Part shown: in pieces, positions 1 through 8,409 of the stretch
How positions within the stretch are numbered: position 1 is the stretch's first letter
Layout of the letters: each line of letters opens with the position of its first letter
Assembly: GCA_041393445.1 (NCBI GenBank)
Contig: JAWKKC010000006.1
Span: 29,876-93,875, forward strand
Length of the DNA stretch: 64,000 bases
Source: Solirubrobacterales bacterium
Lineage (GTDB): Bacteria; Actinomycetota; Thermoleophilia; Solirubrobacterales; 70-9
Direction: 5' to 3'
The notes under the pieces: model-generated
Seen by the model: the letters and a program-made list of their open reading frames with translations, nothing else
The model's database searches: none
What the model was told of the DNA's origin: nothing
Made by a program: the position numbers and the translations under genes

Positions 1-1
1 G

Positions 2-703
2 GCCCGGGAGCGGATCGGGCTGCCCTGTTTCGTCAAGCCGATCTCGCTCGGCTCCTCGATCGGCGTCTCGCGCTGCGGCGACGAAGCCGAGCTGGAGGAG
101 GCCTTCGAGCTCGGCTTCGAGCTCGACCGCGGGATCCTGGTCGAGCCGGCGCTCGACGAGGCGATCGAGATCAACTGCGCCGTCCTCGGCCGGCCCGACG
201 GCGAGCTGCGCGCTTCGGTCTGCGAGCAGCCGGTCAAGGGCGAGGAGATGCTCGGCTTCGAGGAGAAGTACATGTCTGGCGGCGGCTCGAAGGGGAGCGG
301 CGCCAAGGGCGCCGAGAGCGGTGGCGGCGCCAAGGGCGAGGGAGGCGGCATGGCCTCCCAGGACCGCCTGATCCCGGCTCCGATCCCCGAGTCGTTGACG
401 GTCGCCATCCAGGAGACCGCGGTGCGGGCCCAGCGGGCGCTCGGCTTCGCCGGGGTCAGCCGCTACGACTTCCTCGTCACCGACCCCGAGGGCGAGGCCC
501 GGGTGGTGCTCAACGAGGCCAACACCGTGCCCGGCTCGTTCTCCTTCTACCTGTTCGAGCCCGACGGCCTCGGCTTCCCCGAGCTGGCCGAGGCGCTGAT
601 CGACATCGCCCTCGTCGAGGCCGCCGAGCGCCGCGGCACCACCCGCACCTTCGACTCGATCCTGCTCGCGACGTACCTCGCCGGACAGGGAGGCCCGAAG
701 TGA
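2..703 (+). CDS. ddl: D-alanine--D-alanine ligase family protein (ATP-grasp); N-terminus lies outside the window
   Basis: The frame is open from the window edge. The translation has Ddl hallmarks (LPCFVKPISLGSSIGVS, EINCAVLG, FEEKY...LIPAPI, NEANTVPG) and high GC3. It carries an unusual Gly/Ser/Lys-rich insert at nt 272-364. Confidence 0.8.
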   Translation, partial: ARERIGLPCFVKPISLGSSIGVSRCGDEAELEEAFELGFELDRGILVEPALDEAIEINCAVLGRPDGELRASVCEQPVKGEEMLGFEEKYMSGGGSKGSGAKGAESGGGAKGEGGGMASQDRLIPAPIPESLTVAIQETAVRAQRALGFAGVSRYDFLVTDPEGEARVVLNEANTVPGSFSFYLFEPDGLGFPELAEALIDIALVEAAERRGTTRTFDSILLATYLAGQGGPK

Positions 704-764
704 CCGCGGAGCGACCAAGCATGCGTCTCTGGTTCTTTGCGCCGAGCGTAAGGCGGGAGGTGGG

Positions 765-1709
765 GTGGTGAGCGGAGAGAAGGTCCTGGTCGCCAACGGC
801 GGCCGCTCGATGGAGCGGGAGATCAGCCTGCGCTCCGGCCGCCGCGCCGCTCAGGCGCTCGAGCAGCTCGGCTTCGAGGTCGAGACCGTCGACCCCGACC
901 AGCGCTTCGTCCGCTACGCGATGGAGAACCGGCCGGACTTCGTTTTCGTCGCGATGCACGGACGCGGAGGGGAGGACGGCACCCTCCAGGACCTGCTGGA
1001 GATCCTCGAGATCCCCTACACCGGCTCCGACGTCCACGCCAGCGCCCGCTGTCTCGACAAGCACGCCTTCAAGGAGATGCTCCGCAACGAGGGCCTGCTC
1101 ACCTCGCCCTGGCACTCCTTCAACCGCGATGCCTTCACCCAGTTCGGGGCGGGGGAGACGCTGCCGGCGCTGACCAGCCAGCTCGGCTTCCCGCTGGTCG
1201 TCAAGCCGGCCCGCGAGGGCTCTTCGCTGGGGATCAAGGTCGTGCGCAGCTCCGACGAGTTCGTCACCGCGGTGCTCGGCGCCTTCAACTACGACGACCG
1301 GGTGGTGATCGAGCGCTTCATCGCCGGCCGCGAGCTGGCCGTCACCGTGCTCGGCCCGGCGGAGGCGCCGCGCGCCCTGCCGGTGGTCGAAATCAGCACC
1401 GACGAGCCCTACTACACCTTCACCGCCCACTACGAGACCGGCGCCGCCACCCTGCGCGTCGCCGAGCTCGGCGAGGCCGAGCGCGAGCAGGTCGAGACCG
1501 CCGCCTGCACCGCCTACGCCCTCGCCGGTTGCCGCGACCTCGCCCGGGTGGACATCATCCTCGACTCCCACGGCCCCCAGATCCTCGAGATCAACACGAT
1601 CCCCGGCCTGGTGGAGACCGGACCGACCCCGTTCGCGGCCGACGCGGCCGGGATGAGCTTCGAGGACCTCGTCGCGGCGATGGTCGAGCGGGTCTGCGGC
1701 GGCCGCTGA
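765..1709 (+). CDS. ddl: D-alanine--D-alanine ligase (second paralogue, canonical length)
   Basis: 314 aa with GGRSMEREISLRSG near the N-terminus, FPLVVKPAREGSSLGI and ILEINTIPG. GGGAGG lies about 5 nt upstream of the GTG start. Confidence 0.85.
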   Translation: MVSGEKVLVANGGRSMEREISLRSGRRAAQALEQLGFEVETVDPDQRFVRYAMENRPDFVFVAMHGRGGEDGTLQDLLEILEIPYTGSDVHASARCLDKHAFKEMLRNEGLLTSPWHSFNRDAFTQFGAGETLPALTSQLGFPLVVKPAREGSSLGIKVVRSSDEFVTAVLGAFNYDDRVVIERFIAGRELAVTVLGPAEAPRALPVVEISTDEPYYTFTAHYETGAATLRVAELGEAEREQVETAACTAYALAGCRDLARVDIILDSHGPQILEINTIPGLVETGPTPFAADAAGMSFEDLVAAMVERVCGGR

Positions 1710-1834
1710 GCGCCTCTTCCGGCGCGTCCCGATCGATCGGGACCCATCCGACCGGATGAGATCCCCATACGTCTAAAGGCCGGCGCGGTCGCGGCCGATC
1801 TAGGCCTGGTAAACACGGATCGGCGGTCGCAGGC

Positions 1835-3274
1835 GTGTCCGAGGGCCTAGAGACCGAAATCAGGGACGAGCCGCCCGTCATCGCCGAAGAGCCCCAGGGG
1901 TCGCCCCTGTCGCCGGTCCTCGACGAGCGCGGCAGGTTCGGGCTGCGCGACCTCGAGCGCACCCCGGCCGAACGGCGCCGTCTCTACGTCGGCCTCCATC
2001 TCAAACTGGCGCTGGTGGTGGGGATCGCCCTCGCCTGGGCCGGCCTCTCGCTGTGGCTGGCGATGCCCTGGATCGAGGCGCTCGGCGAATCGATCACGCT
2101 GCCGCTGGCCGTCGCCGTGGTCTTCGGGATCGCGATCATCCCCGGCTACCTGAACGCCAACCTGGTCGCCTCGCTGCTGATCGACCGGCCGCCGCCGTTG
2201 CGACTCGACCTCGAGTTCCCGGAGCTGACCGTGGTGGTCGCCTGCTTCAACGAGGAGGCGACGATCGAGGAGACCCTCGACTACGTCTGCCGTCAGGAGT
2301 ACCGGGGGGGCCTGCGCATCCTCGTCGCCGACGACGGCTCGACCGACCGCACCGCGGAGCTGGCCCGTTCGCGGGCGCGGAGCGACCCGCGGATCGGGGT
2401 CCTCACCCTGCCGCACGGCGGCAAGGCGAGGACCCTGACCCGGGCGATGGATCAGGTCCGGACGCCCCTGGTCTGCACGATCGACGCCGACACGCTGCCG
2501 ATGCGCGAAGCGCTGGAGCGGATCGTCGCCCGCCTGTTGATCTCACCGTCGGACACGGTCGCCGTCGCCGGCGCGGTCTTCGTCCGCAACTCGCGCAGCA
2601 ACTTCCTCACCCGGGCCCAGGAGTGGGACTACTTCCTCGGCATCGCCTCGGTGAAGCGCCAGCAGGGGCTGTTCCAGGGCACGATGGTCGCCCAGGGGGC
2701 GTTCAGCGTCTACCGCACCGACGCGGTCCGCGCGGTCGGCGGCTGGCCGGACCGGATCGGCGAGGACATCGTCCTCACCTGGGCGATGATGCGGGACGGC
2801 GGCCGGGTCGGCTACGAGCGCACCGCGATCGCCTTCACCGGCACCCCGGAGGACCTGCGCCACTTCGCCCGCCAGCGGCGCCGCTGGGCGCGGGGGATGA
2901 TCGAGGGGCTGCGCGAGCACGGCACCGCCCTGGTCGCGGGGCACCGCTCCAACGCCCACGCGGTGCTGGTCAACTTCATCTTCCCCTTCGTCGACACCGT
3001 CTACTCGATCGCCTTCCCGATCGGGATCGTCCTCGCCCTGTTCGGCAACTTCGCGATCGTCGGCCCGATGACCCTGGCGGTCCTGCCGCTCAACGTCCTG
3101 CTCTCGCTGATCATGTTCCGCCTCAGCCGTCAGGCCTTCGAGGCGGTGGGGTTGAAGGTGCGCAGGAACTGGCTCGGCTACCTCGGCTACCTGCTCACCT
3201 ACCAGCTGATCATGTCGCCGATCTCGGTGGCGGGCTACGTGCAGGAGCTGTTCGGGGCGCGCCGCCGCTGGTAG
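1835..3274 (+). CDS. Processive family-2 glycosyltransferase (PgaC/IcaA/cellulose-synthase-like membrane synthase)
   Basis: 479 aa with ADDGSTD, IDADT, GEDIVLTW and QRRRW, which together form the D,D,D,QxxRW signature. Hydrophobic segments lie before and after the catalytic domain. Confidence 0.8.
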   Translation: MSEGLETEIRDEPPVIAEEPQGSPLSPVLDERGRFGLRDLERTPAERRRLYVGLHLKLALVVGIALAWAGLSLWLAMPWIEALGESITLPLAVAVVFGIAIIPGYLNANLVASLLIDRPPPLRLDLEFPELTVVVACFNEEATIEETLDYVCRQEYRGGLRILVADDGSTDRTAELARSRARSDPRIGVLTLPHGGKARTLTRAMDQVRTPLVCTIDADTLPMREALERIVARLLISPSDTVAVAGAVFVRNSRSNFLTRAQEWDYFLGIASVKRQQGLFQGTMVAQGAFSVYRTDAVRAVGGWPDRIGEDIVLTWAMMRDGGRVGYERTAIAFTGTPEDLRHFARQRRRWARGMIEGLREHGTALVAGHRSNAHAVLVNFIFPFVDTVYSIAFPIGIVLALFGNFAIVGPMTLAVLPLNVLLSLIMFRLSRQAFEAVGLKVRRNWLGYLGYLLTYQLIMSPISVAGYVQELFGARRRW

Positions 3275-3327
3275 CGCCCGGTCCCGACCGCCGCCCCCCC
3301 TGCTAGCTTCGGAATCTCCCAAATAGC

Positions 3328-3362
3328 GGCGACCCGCTGCGGGGCATCGCAAGCGGGTCGCC
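3328..3362 (+). terminator. Stem-loop downstream of the GT2 gene (about 13-bp GC stem with one bulge)
   Basis: GCGACCCGCTGCG (3329-3341) pairs with CGCA(A)GCGGGTCGC (3348-3361). There is no U-tract, so it is only a candidate terminator. Confidence 0.4.
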
Positions 3363-3387
3363 TGACCACAAGGAGAGTGCGCTCCCA

Positions 3388-3750
3388 ATGGCTGTCGAGA
3401 ACCCTACGTGTGACAGTTGTGTCGTCACCCTCGAGATTCCCGCAGGCAACGAGGCATTTCTGCGGCGGGTGATCGTCGCCGCCCGCGAAGGCCTCGGCGA
3501 GGACCTCGACGACCACGCCGACCGGCTGCGCCGCCCGGTCACCGAGCTGCTGCGCGAGGAGATCGCTCTGCTATCCCTGCAGGAGGGGCTCGACCAGGGC
3601 GAGGTCGTCCCCGGCCCGGTCCTCCGCGAGGTCGTCGCTCGGGTCGCCGCCGCGGTCGACCGCGACAACGAATACGAGCGCGTGGTCGCCGAGCACGAGG
3701 CGATCGCGGCCCTGCGCGAGCAGCTTGGAGCCCAGCCTTTGAAGCAGTAG
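3388..3750 (+). CDS. Hypothetical protein (120 aa, acidic)
   Basis: High GC3 in this frame and AGGAGAG upstream. I recognise no family motif. Confidence 0.5.
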   Translation: MAVENPTCDSCVVTLEIPAGNEAFLRRVIVAAREGLGEDLDDHADRLRRPVTELLREEIALLSLQEGLDQGEVVPGPVLREVVARVAAAVDRDNEYERVVAEHEAIAALREQLGAQPLKQ

Positions 3751-3760
3751 CGTTGAAAGC

Positions 3761-4642
3761 GTGAGTCCCACCAAGGTCGCGGTTCTCGGGCTCGGGAGGA
3801 TGGGGTCGCGGTTGGCCGAGGCCCTCCTCGCCACCGGACAGGAGGTCAGCGTCTGGAACCGGGACCCGGTGCGGTGCGAGCCGTTCGAGGGCCGGGCATC
3901 GGTCGGCGGCTCCGCGGCCGAGGCGGTCTCGGCATCCGAGCTGGTCGTGGTCTGCGTCGCCGACTACGCGGCGACCCGGGCGATCCTCGCCGCCGCGGAC
4001 ACCGCGGCGGCGCTGCCCGGCCGGACCGTGGCGCAGCTCTCGAGCGGGGGCCCCGAGGACGCCCGGGAGCTGAGCGCCTGGGTGACCGGGGCGGGTGCCG
4101 ATTACCTCGACGGGGCGATCCTCACCTACCCGGACGGGATCGGGCCCGACCACCCGGACACGGTGATCTTCTACTCGGGGTCGCGCCCCGCCTTCGACCG
4201 CCACAACGGGGCCCTGCGCTCCCTGGGCGGCCGCCCGACCTTCGTCGGCGAGGCGGTCGGCGGCGCCGCCGCAGCCGACCTGGCTTGGCTCAGCTTCGAG
4301 TACGGGGCGACCGCCGGCCTCCTGCAGGGTGCGGCCTTCTGCGAGGCCGAGGATGTCGATCCCGGTCACTTCTTCGACGCGGTGAAGGCACTGCTCGGCG
4401 AGCTCGCCGCCGCCGCCGACCGCAGTCGCGAGATGATCGAGCGCGGCGAGTACCGGGGCGATCTCGCCACCCTCGACGTCCACGTCGCCGCGATCGAGCA
4501 CATCGTCGCCGCGGCCAAGGCGGGGGGGATCAACCCGGTGCTGCCCGCAGCGCTGCTCGACGTCTTCGGCAGGGCGGCCCGGACTGGCCACGGCGACGAG
4601 GAGATCGCCGCGGCGATCGAGGTCTTCCGCGCAGGTCATTGA
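3761..4642 (+). CDS. NAD(P)-dependent oxidoreductase (beta-hydroxyacid dehydrogenase / imine-reductase-like fold)
   Basis: N-terminal Rossmann motif VAVLGLGRMGSRLAEALL. 293 aa, typical of the 6-phosphogluconate-dehydrogenase NAD-binding family. Confidence 0.7.
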   Translation: MSPTKVAVLGLGRMGSRLAEALLATGQEVSVWNRDPVRCEPFEGRASVGGSAAEAVSASELVVVCVADYAATRAILAAADTAAALPGRTVAQLSSGGPEDARELSAWVTGAGADYLDGAILTYPDGIGPDHPDTVIFYSGSRPAFDRHNGALRSLGGRPTFVGEAVGGAAAADLAWLSFEYGATAGLLQGAAFCEAEDVDPGHFFDAVKALLGELAAAADRSREMIERGEYRGDLATLDVHVAAIEHIVAAAKAGGINPVLPAALLDVFGRAARTGHGDEEIAAAIEVFRAGH

Positions 4643-4996
4643 CCGCTCCGCGGACGATCCCGCCGCCGACTCCGCGGCGGGCAGCAGCTCCTCGCGGATC
4701 GAGAGCCAGTGGCGGCAGCACCGCGATCGCCGGCTCGTGCTTGTCCTGCTCGAAGGACATCCCCCGCAGGACCTGGGCCCGCTCGCGGGGTCGTCGGGCA
4801 GGTAGGGGCCCTGCCGGCGAGGCAGCAGAGAATGGCGTTGATCTCGGCCAGCGTCCGCCCGTCCCCGCGGCAGTTGCCCGAGACCGGGTTTGTCGTCGAG
4901 CAGCATCGAACGCCTCCCGCTCGAGGCCCTCGAGGTCTGACTGGCGCACCAACTGGCGCACCGTTGATCCAGTGGTCCCGCGCATTCCCGCCCCGC

Positions 4997-5028
4997 CCAA
5001 AGAAAAACGCCCTGCTTGCAGGGCGTTT
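4997..5028 (-). terminator. Intrinsic terminator following tRNA-Leu
   Basis: On the minus strand the sequence reads AAACGCCCT-GCAAGC-AGGGCGTTTTTCTTT. That is a 9-bp stem, a 6-nt loop and a T-run. Confidence 0.75.
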
Positions 5029-5032
5029 CCCA

Positions 5033-5118
<86 letters not shown>

Positions 5119-5185
5119 GGGGCAGGGGATTCTAGATGTTCGGGGGAGGGGGGGAGAGTTTGAGCGTCCCGGGACTTGAGGGAGC

Positions 5186-5491
5186 ATGGAAACGGCAGAG
5201 GCACGAGAGGAAGCGGCGCGAGGGCTGGTCGAGGAGCTGCTGCGGACCGGGCTGGCGCTGGTCGAGACGGTCGGCGCCCTGATCGAGGAGGTTTCGGGGG
5301 ATGCCTTTCCCGGCGAGGACGCCGGGGTGGTGCTGATCGAGATGGTGGTGGGGAGCTGCCGGCCGGCGCTGGAGGCGGCCGGAGAGGCCGATTGCCAGAC
5401 CGCGACCGCCCTGGTCGCGGCGATCGGCGAGAGCGTTCACCGGGACCTGCGGGCCGCCGCCACCCTCGCGGCGCCGTCGGAGGCGGCTTGA
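5186..5491 (+). CDS. Hypothetical small acidic protein (101 aa)
   Basis: High GC3 and GAGGGAG 3 nt upstream of the ATG. No recognisable motif. Confidence 0.45.
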   Translation: METAEAREEAARGLVEELLRTGLALVETVGALIEEVSGDAFPGEDAGVVLIEMVVGSCRPALEAAGEADCQTATALVAAIGESVHRDLRAAATLAAPSEAA

Positions 5492-5545
5492 GGAGATGCA
5501 GGATCTCTTCGCGGCCTGCGCGCATCCGCTGGAGCCGTTAACCTA

Positions 5546-5559
5546 CGAACAGGTGTTCG
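5546..5559 (+). promoter_or_regulatory. LexA operator (SOS/Cheo box)
   Basis: CGAACAGGTGTTCG is a perfect GAAC-N4-GTTC palindrome about 58 nt upstream of the lexA ATG. It matches the Gram-positive/mycobacterial consensus (T)CGAAC-N4-GTTCG(A). Confidence 0.85.
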
Positions 5560-5616
5560 AACTGATTCGCACACGCCCTGCGTGTGCCTGTCAAATGGAG
5601 AACGACGAGAGAAGCG

Positions 5617-6231
5617 ATGGTTGACCTTGATCTGACCAAGCGGCAGAAGGAAATCTTCGACTTCATCCGCAAGTACGCCGACAAGACCGGATACCCGCCG
5701 ACCGTGCGGGAGATCGGCAAGGCGGTGGGCCTGCATTCGTCCTCGACCGTGCACGCGCATCTCGCCAACTTGGAGAAGATCGGGCTGCTGAAGCGTGACC
5801 CCTCCAAACCGCGGGCGATCGAGCTGCTGTTCGACAAGGCGAAGAAGACGATCCGGTCCGAAAGCGGCCTGCCGCTGGTCGGCCAGGTCGCCGCCGGCGA
5901 GCCGATCCTCGCCGAGGAGAACATCGACGAGTACCTCGAGATCCCCGACGTGATCGGGGGCGAAGAGGGGGACTACATCCTCCGGGTGCGCGGCGAAAGC
6001 ATGAAGAACGCCGGCATCCTCGAAGGCGACTACGTGGTGGTCCGCCCGGCCGACGACGCCAACAACGGCGAAATCGTCGTCGCTTTGATCGGTGAGGAGG
6101 CGACCGTGAAGCGGATCTTCCGCGAAGCCGACCACGTTCGGCTGCAGCCCGAGAACGAGGAGATGGAGCCGATCCTCTCCACCGAGGCGCGGGTGCTGGG
6201 CCGGGTCGTCGGAGTCTTTAGAAAAGTCTGA
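5617..6231 (+). CDS. lexA: LexA repressor
   Basis: LTKRQKEIFDFIRKY...GYPPTVREIG winged-helix N-terminus and a C-terminal S24 peptidase domain (VAAGEP, RVRGESMKNAGI, VALIGEEATVKR). ATG 5617 is preferred over the in-frame GTG at 5584. Confidence 0.93.
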   Translation: MVDLDLTKRQKEIFDFIRKYADKTGYPPTVREIGKAVGLHSSSTVHAHLANLEKIGLLKRDPSKPRAIELLFDKAKKTIRSESGLPLVGQVAAGEPILAEENIDEYLEIPDVIGGEEGDYILRVRGESMKNAGILEGDYVVVRPADDANNGEIVVALIGEEATVKRIFREADHVRLQPENEEMEPILSTEARVLGRVVGVFRKV

Positions 6232-6325
6232 CGAGGCCGACGGGGTCGTCAGGCAAGGCCCCAGGCCGTCGGAGTAGCAGCGCCGTGTCGACGACTGAGG
6301 ACGCCGTGCGACGGCCCCCGAGCCG

Positions 6326-7149
6326 TCAGGGCCAGCGGCCCGCCTCGATCAGCCGCTTGTAGCGTCGCTGGCGTCGCCGTGCGTCCCACAACACCAGCGG
6401 CAGCAGGCGCAGCGCCAGGCGTGGGAAGAGATCGAATATCCGCAACATCGGGCCGCGCCAGCGGGGGATGACCGTGAGCGGGCGGGGGCGCTCGGTCAGC
6501 GCCCCGACCGCACGGCCGACCGCGTCAGGGGTGAGCAGGTGACCGGAGAAGGATCCGGCCGCGTCGGGGTCGTCGAGCCGCCCCTCCAGCATCGGCGTCC
6601 AGACCCCGTCCGGGCAGACCGCGCAGACCTCGACGCCGCGGTGGCCGGCCCGGCGCAGGTCGAAGAGGGCGCCGAGGGTGAAGGCCATCGCCGCGTGCTT
6701 GCTCGCCGCGTAGGCGACCTCGCCCGGCGCTGCGACGATCCCGGCCAGGGAGACGACGTTGACCACCTGACCCCGCCCGGCGGCGACCATCTCCCCGAGC
6801 GCCGCGACCGTGCCGTTGATCGTCCCCGTGGCGTTGACCGCCAGCATCGTCTCCCGGGTCGCCTCGTCGTGCTCCCAGGCGAGGCCGGTGGCGAGCAGGC
6901 CGGCATTGTTGACCCAGAGGTCGAGCCCGCCGGTCTCGGCGGCGACCGTGGCGGCCAGCTCCCGGCAGGTGGCCTCGTCGCGGACGTCGAGCCGCGCCGC
7001 GCGGTCGAGGGCGCCGAGCTCGGCGGCCGTCCGCTGCGCCGCTTCGAGGTCGAGATCGGTCGCCCAGACCGTGAAGCCGCGCGCCGCCAGCTCGGCCGAG
7101 ATCGCCCGGCCCAGTCCGCCGCCCGCCCCGGTGACAACTGCACTGCGCA
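6326..7149 (-). CDS. SDR-family oxidoreductase
   Basis: VVTGAGGGLGRA glycine-rich motif right after GTG 7149, NNAG and YAASKHA motifs. The ORF-track extension to 7366 runs into rnpB and is rejected. Confidence 0.8.
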
Positions 7150-7254
7150 CCAGCCCACGATAGCCCGCCGCAGCGAATGAGCGGTTGTGTGGGCCCGAGC
7201 CGCCAAAAGCGCGCATTCGTCGCGGTCTCGGCACCTTGGGGGTACCATCTGCCC

Positions 7255-7584
7255 TGCGGGCCGAGCGGACCGCGGAGGGAGAGAAAACCCTTCGAGGAAA
7301 GTCCGGACACCACAGGGCAGGGCGGTGGGTAACGCCCACCCGGGGAAACCCGCGGGAAAGTGCCACAGAAATGACACGGCCGATGGCGCGGCCTCAGCTG
7401 AGCCGCGTACAGGCAAAGGTGAAATGGTGCGGTAAGAGCGCACCGGCGTCGCGGTGACGCGGCGGCCAGGCAAACCCCGCCCGGTGCAAGGCCAAGCAGG
7501 ACCGTCGACCCGGCTCGGCGAGGTCCAGGTAGGCCGCATAGATAGATGGCCGCTCGAGACAGGATCCGGCTTACAGGCCCGCTA
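7255..7584 (+). ncRNA. rnpB: RNase P RNA, bacterial type A
   Basis: Universally conserved blocks are present: GAGGAAAGTCCGGAC, ACAGGGCAG, GGTAACGCC, GGGAAAGTGCCACAGAAA, GGTGAAATGGTGCGGTAAGAGCGCACC and ACAGGATCCGGCTTACAGGCCCGC. P1 pairing is GCGGGCC (7256-7262) with GGCCCGC (7576-7582). Ends are accurate to about 5 nt. Confidence 0.92.
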
Positions 7585-7587
7585 ACG

Positions 7588-7612
7588 GAAAGGCCCCTAT
7601 TTGGGGCCTTTC
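7588..7612 (+). terminator. Hairpin immediately after rnpB
   Basis: GAAAGGCCCC-TATTT-GGGGCCTTTC, a 10-bp stem. Confidence 0.6.
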
Positions 7613-7682
7613 CCATGAGATCGCAGCGCCGATTCCTGCCTCTGCAAGATTCTTCTCTTAGCGTTTGCTAACCTGCCGCCAA

Positions 7683-7812
7683 CTTCCGCTGAATCTCCCT
7701 CACATACCGGGGAGAGCGGGGGACCCAATCAGTTGGGGCGAATCGCGGTCTCTGCCGCGTAGCGCAGCTCTTTCAGCGCGAGCCCGTCAGCTAACCCCGC
7801 AAGCGTCCGGAA
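7683..7812 (+). promoter_or_regulatory. Cyclic-di-AMP riboswitch (ydaO/yuaA motif)
   Basis: Contains CGCTGAATC, GAGCGGGGGACCCA, GGGGCGAATC and GAGCCCGTCAGCTAACCCCGCAAGCGT in the order and spacing I remember for the ydaO consensus (CGCUUAAUC...GAGCGGGGGACCCA...GGGGUGAAUC...CCCGUCAGCUAACCUCGUAAGCGU). It ends at the GGAAAGAGA ribosome-binding site of the downstream gene. Confidence 0.85.
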
Positions 7813-7817
7813 AGAGA

Positions 7818-8303
7818 ATGGGACAGAACAAGAACCGAATCCGCTGGGCTGCGGCCCTCGCCGCCGCGATTGCCTCCGTCGCACTGATCCCCGTGGCCTC
7901 CCAGGCGGCCACCGGCGGCGCCTCCGCCTTCGGCGGCGTCGGCAGCGGTGCCCAGAACGGCAGCGGCGGAGTGTTCACCGGCTGGAAGCGAGCCGGTGCG
8001 ACCTGGTACGGCCCGGGCCTCTACGGTCGCCATACCGCCTGCGGCCAAACCCTCCGCCCGAAGACGATCGGGGTCGCGCACAAGAGTCTCCCCTGCGGCA
8101 CCCGGGTCAAGTTCCGCTACCGGGGCCACGTCGTCGTCGCCCGGGTGATCGACCGCGGCCCCTACGTCCGGGGCGTCTCCTGGGACCTCACCGAGGCGGC
8201 CAGCGAACGACTCGACTTCGAGTCGGTGGGCAGGGACAAGGTCGCCTACGCGGTGCCCAAGAAGGTCGCCCACAAGATGCAGCGCGCCGAGCGCAGCCGC
8301 TAA
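7818..8303 (+). CDS. Secreted RlpA-like double-psi beta-barrel (DPBB) protein (putative cell-wall lytic transglycosylase type)
   Basis: Signal peptide MGQNKNRIRWAAALAAAIASVALIPVASQA, then ATWYGPGLYGRHTACGQTL...GVAHKSLPCGTRVKF...VVARVIDRGPY. ATG 7818 is chosen because the upstream part of the ORF is occupied by the riboswitch. Confidence 0.8.
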   Translation: MGQNKNRIRWAAALAAAIASVALIPVASQAATGGASAFGGVGSGAQNGSGGVFTGWKRAGATWYGPGLYGRHTACGQTLRPKTIGVAHKSLPCGTRVKFRYRGHVVVARVIDRGPYVRGVSWDLTEAASERLDFESVGRDKVAYAVPKKVAHKMQRAERSR

Positions 8304-8409
8304 CCCGTCCGACCCGCACCCTCCCCGCCCTGCCCGGCCGCTCCGATGGCTACTCTGCCGTGTTTAGGCAGCGTTTGGGCAGTTTCAATTCCCCAGAGAG
8401 GAGCAGTGG

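Noticed and set aside
6326-7366. N-terminal 72-aa extension of the SDR ORF, plus ORFs 6496-7539, 6525-7616, 7185-7457 and 7187-7435
   Set aside because: The region 7255-7584 is RNase P RNA. The SDR glycine-rich motif begins right after the internal GTG at 7149.
7620-7682. Promoter for the riboswitch-controlled gene
   Set aside because: The hexamers (TGCAAG ... TGCTAA/TAACCT) are too degenerate to call by eye.
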